Part shown: in pieces, positions 1 to 9,318 of the stretch | Layout: the number at the start of each line of letters is the position of its first letter | Position numbering within the stretch: position 1 is the first letter of the stretch | NCBI GenBank assembly: GCA_045645425.1 | Contig: JAZRIS010000004.1 | Location: forward strand, 21,817-85,816 | Reading direction: 5' to 3' | DNA: 64,000 nt | Source: Barnesiella sp. | GTDB taxonomy: Bacteria > Bacteroidota > Bacteroidia > Bacteroidales > Barnesiellaceae_A | Made by a program: the position numbers and the translations under genes | Notes under the pieces: generated by a model | Told to the model about the DNA's origin: nothing | Database searches by the model: none | What the model saw: only the letters and a program-made list of their open reading frames with translations

Positions 1-369
1 GCCGGCATTGATGATAGGCACTGATGATACTTCAGAAGCGTATCGCGCCGCACCCTCAAGGTGGTGGCGCATGATGATAAGATCGACATAATTGCTCACC
101 ATCATGATGGTATCTTTGAGCGACTCGCCCTTTGAAGAACTGCTGGTTGCCGCATCGCTAAATCCGATGATGCGACCTCCCAAGCGATTGACCGCTGTTT
201 CAAAACTGAGTCGTGTGCGAGTAGATGGCTCAAAGAACAAGGTGGCTATCACCTTGCCTTCCAAGACTCTTCTATTGGGGTTTTCTTCAAAGCTACGAGC
301 TTTTTCAAGCAAATCCATGATCTCTTCTTTACTGAAATCATTGATTGATACAAGACTCTCACATTTCAT
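1..369 (-). CDS. pyrB: aspartate carbamoyltransferase catalytic subunit, N-terminal part (gene runs off the window start)
   Basis: Absent from the ORF track because it is truncated by the window edge. My reverse-strand translation from ATG 369-367 reads [70 protein letters not shown]...[28 protein letters not shown]. It has the STRTR carbamoyl-phosphate motif and the MRH..GAAR...NAG block typical of PyrB. Confidence 0.85.
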   Translation of the reverse strand, partial: MKCESLVSINDFSKEEIMDLLEKARSFEENPNRRVLEGKVIATLFFEPSTRTRLSFETAVNRLGGRIIGFSDAATSSSSKGESLKDTIMMVSNYVDLIIMRHHLEGAARYASEVSSVPIINAG

Positions 370-373
370 AGGA

Positions 374-535
374 TTATCGTAATTTTATTGTTGGCATATA
401 AAAAAAACGACCATTCCCATTCTCTGTATGGGTGGTCGCAGTGTCAATGATAGTGTTATAAAATAAGAAATCGACAGTTCGACTCTCACAATAGAGTCTT
501 GACCGATGGGCTGCTATCTCTCTTTTTCTACTCAT
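374..535 (-). CDS. candidate pyrB leader peptide (53 aa), speculative
   Basis: In-frame ATG 535-533 lies inside track ORF 374..586. The ORF reads [53 protein letters not shown], runs through the terminator hairpin, and stops (TAA 376-374) 4 nt before the pyrB ATG. Confidence 0.3.
   Translation of the reverse strand: MSRKREIAAHRSRLYCESRTVDFLFYNTIIDTATTHTENGNGRFFYMPTIKLR
400..438 (-). terminator. intrinsic terminator / attenuator hairpin in the pyrB leader
   Basis: Minus-strand RNA is CGACCA-CCCAU-ACAGAGA-AUGGG-AA-UGGUCG (408-438), followed by eight U (plus-strand A run 400-407). It lies 30 nt upstream of the pyrB ATG. Confidence 0.6.
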
Positions 536-545
536 AACACAAAAG

Positions 546-553
546 CAAAGGTA
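546..553 (-). promoter_or_regulatory. -7 promoter box TACCTTTG (Bacteroidetes TAnnTTTG consensus)
   Basis: Plus-strand caaaggta is TACCTTTG on the minus strand, upstream of the pyrB leader. Confidence 0.4.
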
Positions 554-628
554 CAAAATTTCTGACAAAACAATGCTTCGGAACATATTTTTTTTGCATA
601 AACTTTTGCGCCGGAAATCTCTTCAGCC

Positions 629-1372
629 CTACTCCCGTTCCGTAATATAAAGATGTTCATCACGCAACAAAATATGGTGTGAGGCATCGAGCAGATAGGT
701 AGAGGGTAAAGTGCGTAAGTCATAAAGGTCTGACACATCTTGGGCATACCCTACAAACCATGTATCGGGATAGCGACTCACGGCCCTGCGCCACGCATCG
801 GTAGGCTCATCGGGATATATCAGCAATACATGGGTGGTGCTATCTATAACCTCTCTGCCCAACTCTCCGGCTGTTGCTATGTGTCGGCACAAGGCTGCAC
901 ACTCTTCACATTCGGGGTCATTGAATATTACAAGTGTTTGATACCCCTTGTGACTATGCAATGTGTGCTCATTTCCCTCCTTGTCATAATAGACAAAATC
1001 GCATGCCTCCTCTCCCTCGTTATTGCGACTCAACGACTCATACATGTATTTGTAACGCATCAGCGCCCATTCGTCGCCACCCGACTGCAAAAGTCGCTCC
1101 AACAACACTCGATAGGCCATGCGACCCTTGTGGGTGCTATATACAGGATATAGTACCTTGGAGGCTTGTGCCGCATAGGCGAGCAAATCTTCTTGGGGAA
1201 TAGCATCTACCCATCGACGGGTTACGTCTGCGACTTCCTCTACCGAGAGGGCATCTTGTTGCTTGGCAAAACGGCATATATCGTTTGCAATACTATCCGA
1301 CGGCTGTTGCGCAACCGAACATAATGCAACAAACAAAACAAGAAGTATAATGCTATATTTTTTCATATCCAT
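629..1372 (-). CDS. secreted thioredoxin-fold protein with a CxxC motif (DUF5106-like)
   Basis: 247-aa ORF. It has an N-terminal signal/lipoprotein-like peptide MKKYSIILLVLFVALCSVAQQ and a CEEC motif in the context VIFNDPECEECAALC. A 3-nt gap to the upstream SGNH gene suggests an operon. Confidence 0.75.
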   Translation of the reverse strand: MDMKKYSIILLVLFVALCSVAQQPSDSIANDICRFAKQQDALSVEEVADVTRRWVDAIPQEDLLAYAAQASKVLYPVYSTHKGRMAYRVLLERLLQSGGDEWALMRYKYMYESLSRNNEGEEACDFVYYDKEGNEHTLHSHKGYQTLVIFNDPECEECAALCRHIATAGELGREVIDSTTHVLLIYPDEPTDAWRRAVSRYPDTWFVGYAQDVSDLYDLRTLPSTYLLDASHHILLRDEHLYITERE

Positions 1373-1375
1373 GCG

Positions 1376-1999
1376 TCAAAAATAGGGTTGTAACAACTGC
1401 GCCCAGAGGGCATATCCCTCTCCTGTCAGATGCAATCCATCGGTTGTATAGGGTGCGGCGAGCCTATGTGTTTCTTTATCTATGAAGTGACAATAGAGCT
1501 CTATAAATGTATAATGGTGCATAGCAGCAGCCTCTTGCAACAGGGTGTTGATACACTCTACATCCCTCTCTTTCCCTGCAAGTGAGGCATAGTGATAGGT
1601 ACTGTCAAAAGGCAACAGACTATGTATATACACACTCGTTTCGGGCGATAGCGTGTGACAATAATCGGCAAGCGAAATGATAGCTTCGGCAATATCGCGT
1701 GGAGCAATATTGTGCGATACGTCATTGATACCCACCATTACAAACACCTTGGCAGGACATGCTGCCATAATAGCCGGCAGTCGATGTCGCACTCCGGCTA
1801 TTGTATCGCCATTGATACCTCGGTTTCTGATGCGGGCTTCTCCCATCAATTCGTGCCATTCGCAGCAATTTATAAGACTATCGCCCAACATCACCACATC
1901 GCCACGCTCTATATTGAGGTGGGCAAAGTGTGACACTCGGCGCCGGTATAAATCGTCCGGCTCAAAGCGCATGATACAATTATCTTCGTTGTACTGCAT
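1376..1999 (-). CDS. SGNH/GDSL-family hydrolase
   Basis: Contains GDS block MLGDSLI, GINDV, and the DGLH catalytic block (DGLHLTGEGY). The track start 2026 is a GTG, so I prefer the first ATG at 1999. Confidence 0.8.
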   Translation of the reverse strand: MQYNEDNCIMRFEPDDLYRRRVSHFAHLNIERGDVVMLGDSLINCCEWHELMGEARIRNRGINGDTIAGVRHRLPAIMAACPAKVFVMVGINDVSHNIAPRDIAEAIISLADYCHTLSPETSVYIHSLLPFDSTYHYASLAGKERDVECINTLLQEAAAMHHYTFIELYCHFIDKETHRLAAPYTTDGLHLTGEGYALWAQLLQPYF

Positions 2000-2373
2000 A
2001 GAAGTGTTTATTACCCAAAGATGCACAGCATCATCGCCGGCATTTTTCTTTATGTTCTTCTCTATATCTCGGCTCGAAATAGATATTATTGGGCAAATAT
2101 AGTGACTAACGAGCTGAAATCTGCAACTTTTTATAAAAATTTAGTACCACAAGGGGGTTATACTTTCGAGATTTTGCCACCCCCTCAAGAAACAACAGAA
2201 AACAATCACACACCACCCATTTACACACAATCACAGCCTATCACATTATCATGTCATACAACCGCATGGATTTTCGGTATTTTTTGGGCAATTTTGAGGT
2301 AAACCTCCAAGATACATTGCACTCGTTGTGAAAAATATTGAAGCAAACTTCACATTTCTCGCCCGTTTATTCG

Positions 2374-2381
2374 TATCTTTG
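2374..2381 (+). promoter_or_regulatory. -7 promoter box TATCTTTG upstream of thrA
   Basis: Perfect TAnnTTTG match 80 nt upstream of the thrA ATG. Confidence 0.5.
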
Positions 2382-2461
2382 CGACCTAATATACACATGC
2401 GCTATATGCGCGATTATTTATTAAGAGGTAAAAAGATTATACACTACTATAACCAACCGGC

Positions 2462-4894
2462 ATGAAAGTATTGAAGTTTGGAGGAACCTCAGTAGGTTCG
2501 ATAGAGAGTATCAAGAACGTTAAGATGATTGTTGAGCAATGCACCGAGAGTATCATTGTTGTCGTTTCGGCATTGGGCGGTGTAACCGACAAACTCATTG
2601 CAACAGCCAATATGGCAAGTGAAGGCAACGAATGTTACAAAGAGAGCATGCAAGAGATACGCACTCGTCACAACAATGTGATAGAGGGTGTTGTACCCCT
2701 GCCATATCGTGCCGAGATATGCAATCGTGTAGATGAAATGCTCAACGAGCTCTCCAATATCTACCATGGCGTATTCCTCATCAAAGACCTCTCTACCAAG
2801 ACTCTCGACACCATTGTGAGCTATGGCGAGCGTCTATCATCTACCATACTCAGCCGTGTAATAGAGGACATAGTACTAATGGATTCTCGCTCTTTTATCA
2901 AGACCGAGACCCAATACAACAAGCATATTGTCGATTTCGATATCACCAATCAACTTATCACAGAAGCATTTGCCCAACAGCCACGACGTGTACTCGTTCC
3001 CGGATTTATATCGGCCGACCTCAAGAGTGGAGAAACCACCAATTTGGGTCGCGGAGGCTCGGACTACACGGCTGCCATATTGGCGGCAGCTCTTGATGCC
3101 AACCGATTGGAGATATGGACCGATGTTGATGGTTTTATGACTGCCGACCCTCGTGTTATCAGCTCAGCTTATGTCATCGAACACCTCTCATTTACCGAAG
3201 CAATGGAGTTGTGCAACTTTGGTGCCAAGGTAATATATCCGCCCACAATATACCCCGTATATCACAAGAATATACCCATCGTTATCAAAAACACATTCAA
3301 CCCCACTGCTCCGGGCACGCTCATCAACAACGACAGCGACCCCAACAGCAAGGTTATCAAGGGTATATCTTCTATCAACGACACCTGTCTTATCACCGTC
3401 ACCGGATTGGGCATGGTGGGTGTAGTGGGTGTAAACTCTCGCATATTCAACTCCTTGGCTCAATCGGGAGTAAGTGTTTTCATGGTATCGCAAGCATCAT
3501 CGGAGAATAGCACTTCGTTTGCCGTGCGCAATGCCGATGCCGACTTGGCTGTCGAGGTTCTCAACAGAGAATTTGCTATAGAGATAGAACAAGGCGAGAT
3601 GAGTCAAGCCCGTGCCGAAAGAGAATTGGCCACCATCGCTATCGTGGGCGAAAACATGAAACAAGCCCCCGGTACTGCCGGCAAGTTGTTCGGAACATTA
3701 GGACGTAGCGGTATCAATACGATTGCTTGCGCCCAAGGTGCACAGAAGATGAATATTTCTATCGTTATCAAATCGTGCGACCTTCGCAAGGCTCTCAATG
3801 CCATTCACGACTCTTTCTTCCTGTCCAGCTCACAAGTGCTCAACCTCTTTGTCATGGGCGTGGGCAGCGTGGGTAGCGACCTGCTCAAGCAGATTGCCAA
3901 ACAGCAAGACAATCTACTCAAAAATAAGGCATTGTGCCTGCGTGTAATAGGTATATCCAATTCTCACCACTGCATTTTTAATCGCGATGGAATAGACCTA
4001 TCAACCTACCGCGAGCAACTCGACAACTCTACAACAATAGCCACACCCTCCTTCTTCAAGGAAGAGATTTTCCGCATGAACATGTTCAACTCGGTATTTG
4101 TCGATTGCACCGACAGTGGCGATGTTGCAGCACAATATTACGACTTACTATCTCACAATATATCGGTGGTTGCAGCCAACAAGATTGCAGCATCAAGCAG
4201 TTACAACAACTACATCCTGCTCAAAGAAACCGCCAATGTACGCGACGTTAAATTTCTCTTTGAGACCAATGTTGGTGCAGGACTACCCATTATCAACACC
4301 ATCAATGCCCTCACCAACAGTGGCGACAGCATTCTACACATCGATGCCGTTCTTTCGGGCACACTCAATTACATTTTCAACACCATCAGTAGCGAAATAC
4401 CATTGAGTCAAGCCGTAAAAATGGCTCAAGAAGCCGGATACAGCGAGCCCGACCCCCGTATCGACCTCAGTGGCAAAGACGTGTTGCGCAAATTGGTTAT
4501 TCTGGCTCGCGAGGCCGGCTATGCCATAGAGCAAGAGGATGTTGAGATTGAGCACCTCATTCCGCAAGAATACTTTGCAAAAGACCTTGACACATTTATG
4601 CAACAGCTCAAGACAATGGATGCCCACTTTGAAAACATGCGCCAACAATACGCTCAAGAGGGCAAACATCTGCGCTATGTGGCAAGTCTTAACGATGGAC
4701 ACGCCAAGATAGGCCTGCAAGCCGTCGATAGCTCACATCCCCTATACCAACTTGAGGGTAGCAACAACGTTATCCTTATTACCACCGAGCGTTATCGCGA
4801 ATACCCAATGATTATCAAGGGATACGGAGCCGGAGCAGGTGTCACTGCCGCCGGAGTCTTTGCCGACATCATCAGCATTGCCAATATCCGATAG
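2462..4894 (+). CDS. thrA: bifunctional aspartokinase / homoserine dehydrogenase
   Basis: 810 aa. The N-terminus MKVLKFGGTSVGS is the aspartokinase signature. The middle has ACT-like regions, and the C-terminal half is homoserine dehydrogenase (VMGVGSVGS Rossmann motif). Confidence 0.95.
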   Translation: MKVLKFGGTSVGSIESIKNVKMIVEQCTESIIVVVSALGGVTDKLIATANMASEGNECYKESMQEIRTRHNNVIEGVVPLPYRAEICNRVDEMLNELSNIYHGVFLIKDLSTKTLDTIVSYGERLSSTILSRVIEDIVLMDSRSFIKTETQYNKHIVDFDITNQLITEAFAQQPRRVLVPGFISADLKSGETTNLGRGGSDYTAAILAAALDANRLEIWTDVDGFMTADPRVISSAYVIEHLSFTEAMELCNFGAKVIYPPTIYPVYHKNIPIVIKNTFNPTAPGTLINNDSDPNSKVIKGISSINDTCLITVTGLGMVGVVGVNSRIFNSLAQSGVSVFMVSQASSENSTSFAVRNADADLAVEVLNREFAIEIEQGEMSQARAERELATIAIVGENMKQAPGTAGKLFGTLGRSGINTIACAQGAQKMNISIVIKSCDLRKALNAIHDSFFLSSSQVLNLFVMGVGSVGSDLLKQIAKQQDNLLKNKALCLRVIGISNSHHCIFNRDGIDLSTYREQLDNSTTIATPSFFKEEIFRMNMFNSVFVDCTDSGDVAAQYYDLLSHNISVVAANKIAASSSYNNYILLKETANVRDVKFLFETNVGAGLPIINTINALTNSGDSILHIDAVLSGTLNYIFNTISSEIPLSQAVKMAQEAGYSEPDPRIDLSGKDVLRKLVILAREAGYAIEQEDVEIEHLIPQEYFAKDLDTFMQQLKTMDAHFENMRQQYAQEGKHLRYVASLNDGHAKIGLQAVDSSHPLYQLEGSNNVILITTERYREYPMIIKGYGAGAGVTAAGVFADIISIANIR

Positions 4895-4897
4895 GTC

Positions 4898-5896
4898 ATG
4901 AAAAAATTCATTCTTCCCATTCTTGGGTTGGCTATATGGCTGGCGAGTTGCTCTCCCCGCAACGAATTTCGCGAAATGGTATGTTACGAGTTGCACACCC
5001 CCTACTCGGTCAAGTATGAGTGTGCAACAAACCTCGACGATAGCATACGCCGAGTCATGCGCGACTACTATCATGCCATCAATCCTTTTGACAGCACCTC
5101 TATCATCTCGCACATCAATCGCAATGAAAGGGTCGTTGTCGATACGATATTTACCATGGCATTCAACACTGCCATGCGCATTGCCCACAATACCCAAGGA
5201 GCTTTCGACGCAACCTGCGCACCATACATCAACGCTTGGGGATTTGGATTTAAAACCGACAGTACTACCGTAACACAACAACTCATCGACAGCTTGAGTC
5301 AATTTGTAGGCTACAACAAAGTTGCCTTAAAAGACGGCAAAGTCATCAAACAAGACCCTCGCATCTTGCTTAACTTCTCGGCATTGGGCGATGGCTGTGC
5401 ATGCGACCTCATTGCACAACTCCTCGACCGCCACAACGTGCCAAATTACATGATAGAAGTAGGCGGTGAGGTGCGCACTTCGGGACACAATCCACGAGGC
5501 ACTGCATGGCACATAGGCATCGTCACTCCCGAAGACGACCCGGATGGCAACAATAACAACCTGCAAGCTATTGCCATGCTCGATGGTCGATATGGATTGG
5601 CAACAAGTGGCAACTATCGCAACTTCTACGAGCGCAACGGTCGCAAGTATGGGCACACTATCAATCCGGCTACGGGCTACCCGGCCGAGCAAGATGTTCT
5701 CAGTGCCACTGTCATTGCTCCTACCACCATTGAGGCCGATGCATACGCCACAGCCCTCATGGTAATGGGCAGAACAGAGGCAAGAAAAATTGCAAAGGAA
5801 CAACCTCAAATAGCCTACTACCTTATCTATATCGACGAAAACGACACCATCCGCACCGAACAATCTCCCTCGTTCGACCGCTTTTTGAAAGAATAA
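4898..5896 (+). CDS. apbE: FAD:protein FMN transferase (ApbE family lipoprotein)
   Basis: 332 aa. Lipobox LASCS, ApbE-like blocks (AFDATCAPYINAWGFG, LATSGNYRNF, HTINPATGYP, and ADAYATAL near the C-terminus). Confidence 0.9.
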   Translation: MKKFILPILGLAIWLASCSPRNEFREMVCYELHTPYSVKYECATNLDDSIRRVMRDYYHAINPFDSTSIISHINRNERVVVDTIFTMAFNTAMRIAHNTQGAFDATCAPYINAWGFGFKTDSTTVTQQLIDSLSQFVGYNKVALKDGKVIKQDPRILLNFSALGDGCACDLIAQLLDRHNVPNYMIEVGGEVRTSGHNPRGTAWHIGIVTPEDDPDGNNNNLQAIAMLDGRYGLATSGNYRNFYERNGRKYGHTINPATGYPAEQDVLSATVIAPTTIEADAYATALMVMGRTEARKIAKEQPQIAYYLIYIDENDTIRTEQSPSFDRFLKE

Positions 5897-5952
5897 TAGG
5901 GTATATAAATAGCTTATATAAACACAGAAAGGGTGTAAGAATGTAAATTTCT

Positions 5953-6252
5953 TCACCTTAACTCTTGCCACATGTGCTTGAGTGCATACCACGGATGATA
6001 CATCAACATACGCGGGCCGGCATAGCGCATCACGGCACGCATCTGCTCGCGCATATCGGGCTTGTAGCAATGTATAGAGCATTTGCGACAAGTGCTCTTC
6101 TTATCGCCAAAAGGGCACTTTGACAAGCGGGCATGGGCATACTCCAGCAACGCCTTGCACGACTCGCACAACTCGGCATTACCCTCTTTGTGGCGACAAT
6201 AGAGCCTTATCATCAACTCTACAACCCTCTTTTCTTCTTCAATTCTACCCAT
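5953..6252 (-). CDS. nitrous oxide-stimulated promoter family protein (YgbA-like, Cys-rich)
   Basis: RIEEEKRVVELMIRLYCRHKEG...CESCKALLEYAHARLSKCPFGDKKSTCRKCSIHCYKPDMREQMRAVMRYAGPRM is the typical family sequence. The track start 6348 is a TTG, so I prefer ATG 6252 (MGRIEEEK). Confidence 0.75.
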   Translation of the reverse strand: MGRIEEEKRVVELMIRLYCRHKEGNAELCESCKALLEYAHARLSKCPFGDKKSTCRKCSIHCYKPDMREQMRAVMRYAGPRMLMYHPWYALKHMWQELR

Positions 6253-6353
6253 AATATTTATTGCACAAAGCATAAAAATATGCTTCCATTTATAAACATG
6301 AGAGAAACCATGCAACAAACACGATTTCTCTCCTATAATGTTATACAATCACA

Positions 6354-9146
6354 TCAGAAACGACCATGAGGCGGGCCAAATCCAGGACCATGCTGTCCGC
6401 GCATCTGGGGCTTATCCTTGCCAAATGTATTGAAACGATAGCTGAACGAAAGCATACAATATCTACCCAGCGTGTTATACTCAACATCCTCAAGGTAGTT
6501 ACCCGTAACAGTACGTTGTATATTGTTTGATTGATTGAGCAAATCTACGCCCTTGAGCATAATCGTTGCATTCTTTCCCGACAAGAACGAGTATGATAGC
6601 TGTGCATTGAGCATCCACACATCTTGGTTATATCCGTCGCTATAACCTTGATTGCCGGTATAAGTGATGTCACTACCCAACGAGAGTCCAAATGGCAAAT
6701 TGACCGTAAAGCTGTACGTACCACCGTAACTATGTATCGTACGGTTGTTGCCGGTTTGTACCGTATTGCGCACATATTGCAGATTGTAACGACCTCGCAA
6801 CTCGGTGTCGAAGTATGTACTGCGGAATGCCAATGACAGGCTCTCTCCGGCGGTAAATTGATTGGCTCTATTCAACTCTCCATTATTCTTACCCACACTA
6901 CTGCTTACACCCAAGCGTGTGAAATTGTTAAATTGCCAACGCTTGTCGCGGAAGGGCAGTGTAATCATAAACATACCATTGACACTCCACACACCATCGA
7001 CATTCTCATACGTTGTAACACGTCCACCTGTTTCGGAGTTGTATTGAGTTGCCGAGATAATACTATTCATGGTATAGTTGGCACGCAAGTGCGCCATGAT
7101 AGAACGCTGTGACTCGCTATCATAATCACTAAATCGCACACGCAAACGATGAGTAAACGTAGGATCCAAATCGGGATTACCGATGACGATATTGAGCGGA
7201 TTGGAAATATCGGGCACCGGTTGCATCTGTGCAATAGTAGGTTGCTCGGTACGACCGTTATAGAACACACGCAATGATGTCTGTTTACCCACTTTATAAG
7301 TAAGCCACATGAACGGAGCCCAATTATATACGGTGTATGTTTCTATATTATTTTGTGGCTTGATAAGGTCTTGCGACGAGGTTGTCGTAGGCTCAAATGA
7401 CAATCCCACATTATAATTAAGATTGCGGGTAACATGACGGAAACCAATCTGGGCACTATTGGTTATGTTCATATTACGGAAACTATTGCTATACGCCGTA
7501 TCGGGTGTCGTCGGATAGATACCATCTTCATCGGCTGTATAGGTATATTTATCGGCATTACGGAAGTTACCCTGACTGCGCAAGGCAAATGTCAAGAACA
7601 TTCCTTTCTCGGGGTTGCCAATAGGCTCGGTATAGGTAACACGAGCCGAGTATCCATTGCTCCACGAGTGATTGTCACTCTCTTGCATCAAGAAGGTACT
7701 GTCTTGCAACAAGTAGTACCATGTCTTATCTATACTATTGCCTGTTTCATTGGTGTTATCAAAGTTGTAACGTCCGTGAACACTGATTGAGCGACCGGGC
7801 TTGGATGTAAGTTGGCGATTGTATATCAACTCTCCCGATGTACGCAAGCTCACTCCATTGCTATTATTGAGATTGTAGTTGCGATTGACTTGCGAGCGTG
7901 CCGCATCGCCGGCAAAGGCATTGCTCTCCTCCAAGAGGCGCGAATCATTGAAATTGACCGAAATGCGAGGACGGAACTCAAATGTATTTAACGAATCGGG
8001 ATTCCATTGTATGCGAAAACGTCCATGTATCTGCTGGCCGATGTCATTGGAATTGGACAACCCGTCACTATAAGATGTACTGTCGGAGAAAAAGTCTTGA
8101 CGATTGCTACGCTTGCGTGTGTCGCGATCGTTATACGAGTACATCACATCACCGCCTACACGGAAAATCTCCTCTTTACCGACATTGAAGTTAAGACCCA
8201 AACTATGCGAGGTTGCTATACCATTATTACCTCCCCAACGACGGAATTGGCCTTGACCCTGATCGGTAAATCCCATGCTGTTTACGTTATTCGAGTTAAG
8301 AATAAGCGTAAATTGATCGTCGTCCTTGATATAGTTTACCATGGCTCCGCCCTGATAACGATGCGGGCTGGTATTGTCGCTGTTCATAAGACGATAACCA
8401 TAACCACCTTGTATCTCACCAAACCAACCTTGCTTCATACCCGGCTTGATGGTGAGATTGATTACCGTTTCTTCTTCGCCATCATCCACACCCGTGATAC
8501 GCGCCAAGTCGCTCTTGCGATCGACAACCTGCAATTTCTGCACCATCTCCACAGGTATATTTTTAGATGCCACTTTGGGGTCGTCCGAGAAGAACTCCTT
8601 GCCATCAAGCAATATTTTTGTCACCTCCTTACCATTGGCTGTTATCTTGCCTGTTTCATCAACCTCCACACCGGGCAGTCGCTTGAGCAGATCCTCGACA
8701 ACAGCACTTGGTTGCGTCTTGTACGAGTCGGCATTAAACTCCACCGTATCTTCCTTCACAACCACTTCAGGAGCTTTACCCACAACCGTTGCCTCGGCAA
8801 GCATCACGTCACCCGTGCTCATCAATATCTCGCCCATGTTATAGCGCGAGCGACCTATGGTGGTGGTAACATTGACACACTGTGTCTGATAACCCAAGAA
8901 AGTAAATTGTGCTATATACTTGCCATGCGGAACAGGATTGAGTACAAATAGACCTTGATTATCGCCTGTTGTTCCGGCAACATAGGCACTATCCTTTGCT
9001 TGCAGCAATCGCACACTCACACGGGGTAAAGGCTCATTATCGACAGCATCGCGCACAACACCGCGTATGGTAACATTCTGAGCCACTGCAACCAACGGCA
9101 ATAAAAAACTTGCTATAAGGAGCAAAACCGATATTCTATTTTTCAT
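6354..9146 (-). CDS. outer-membrane beta-barrel protein with an N-terminal carboxypeptidase-regulatory-like domain (TonB-dependent-receptor-like)
   Basis: Signal peptide MKNRISVLLLIASFLLPLVAVAQN, then a CarboxypepD_reg-like segment VTIRGVVRDAVDNEPLPRVSVRL, a plug-like region, a long beta-rich body, and a C-terminal aromatic residue (..HGRF). Confidence 0.85.
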   Translation of the reverse strand: MKNRISVLLLIASFLLPLVAVAQNVTIRGVVRDAVDNEPLPRVSVRLLQAKDSAYVAGTTGDNQGLFVLNPVPHGKYIAQFTFLGYQTQCVNVTTTIGRSRYNMGEILMSTGDVMLAEATVVGKAPEVVVKEDTVEFNADSYKTQPSAVVEDLLKRLPGVEVDETGKITANGKEVTKILLDGKEFFSDDPKVASKNIPVEMVQKLQVVDRKSDLARITGVDDGEEETVINLTIKPGMKQGWFGEIQGGYGYRLMNSDNTSPHRYQGGAMVNYIKDDDQFTLILNSNNVNSMGFTDQGQGQFRRWGGNNGIATSHSLGLNFNVGKEEIFRVGGDVMYSYNDRDTRKRSNRQDFFSDSTSYSDGLSNSNDIGQQIHGRFRIQWNPDSLNTFEFRPRISVNFNDSRLLEESNAFAGDAARSQVNRNYNLNNSNGVSLRTSGELIYNRQLTSKPGRSISVHGRYNFDNTNETGNSIDKTWYYLLQDSTFLMQESDNHSWSNGYSARVTYTEPIGNPEKGMFLTFALRSQGNFRNADKYTYTADEDGIYPTTPDTAYSNSFRNMNITNSAQIGFRHVTRNLNYNVGLSFEPTTTSSQDLIKPQNNIETYTVYNWAPFMWLTYKVGKQTSLRVFYNGRTEQPTIAQMQPVPDISNPLNIVIGNPDLDPTFTHRLRVRFSDYDSESQRSIMAHLRANYTMNSIISATQYNSETGGRVTTYENVDGVWSVNGMFMITLPFRDKRWQFNNFTRLGVSSSVGKNNGELNRANQFTAGESLSLAFRSTYFDTELRGRYNLQYVRNTVQTGNNRTIHSYGGTYSFTVNLPFGLSLGSDITYTGNQGYSDGYNQDVWMLNAQLSYSFLSGKNATIMLKGVDLLNQSNNIQRTVTGNYLEDVEYNTLGRYCMLSFSYRFNTFGKDKPQMRGQHGPGFGPPHGRF

Positions 9147-9289
9147 ATATGTAGAACGTTCTATTTTTTTAAACCTCACATATGACTATCAACATCGCCA
9201 AAAGTTTAATAAGACATAAAAATTTTTACAAAAATTTATGCCCACAACAAACACCCGATAAACTTATTGTTTCTCCCTCCGATTTGTAT

Positions 9290-9297
9290 TATCTTTG
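9290..9297 (+). promoter_or_regulatory. -7 promoter box TATCTTTG upstream of the ABC exporter
   Basis: Perfect TAnnTTTG match 21 nt upstream of ATG 9319. Confidence 0.5.
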
Positions 9298-9318
9298 CAG
9301 TCACAAAACACCTTCGAT

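Noticed and set aside
92-382. 96-aa plus-strand ORF at the window start
   Set aside because: It lies antisense to the clearly recognisable pyrB N-terminus, making it a shadow ORF.
2397-2465. Possible thr-operon leader peptide: 22-codon uORF (MRYMRDYLLRGKKIIHYYNQPA) whose TGA overlaps the thrA ATG (ATGA)
   Set aside because: It has no run of Thr/Ile codons, and no terminator/antiterminator pair lies between it and thrA. It is therefore not a classical thr attenuator. The overlap could still give translational coupling, but the ORF may be fortuitous.
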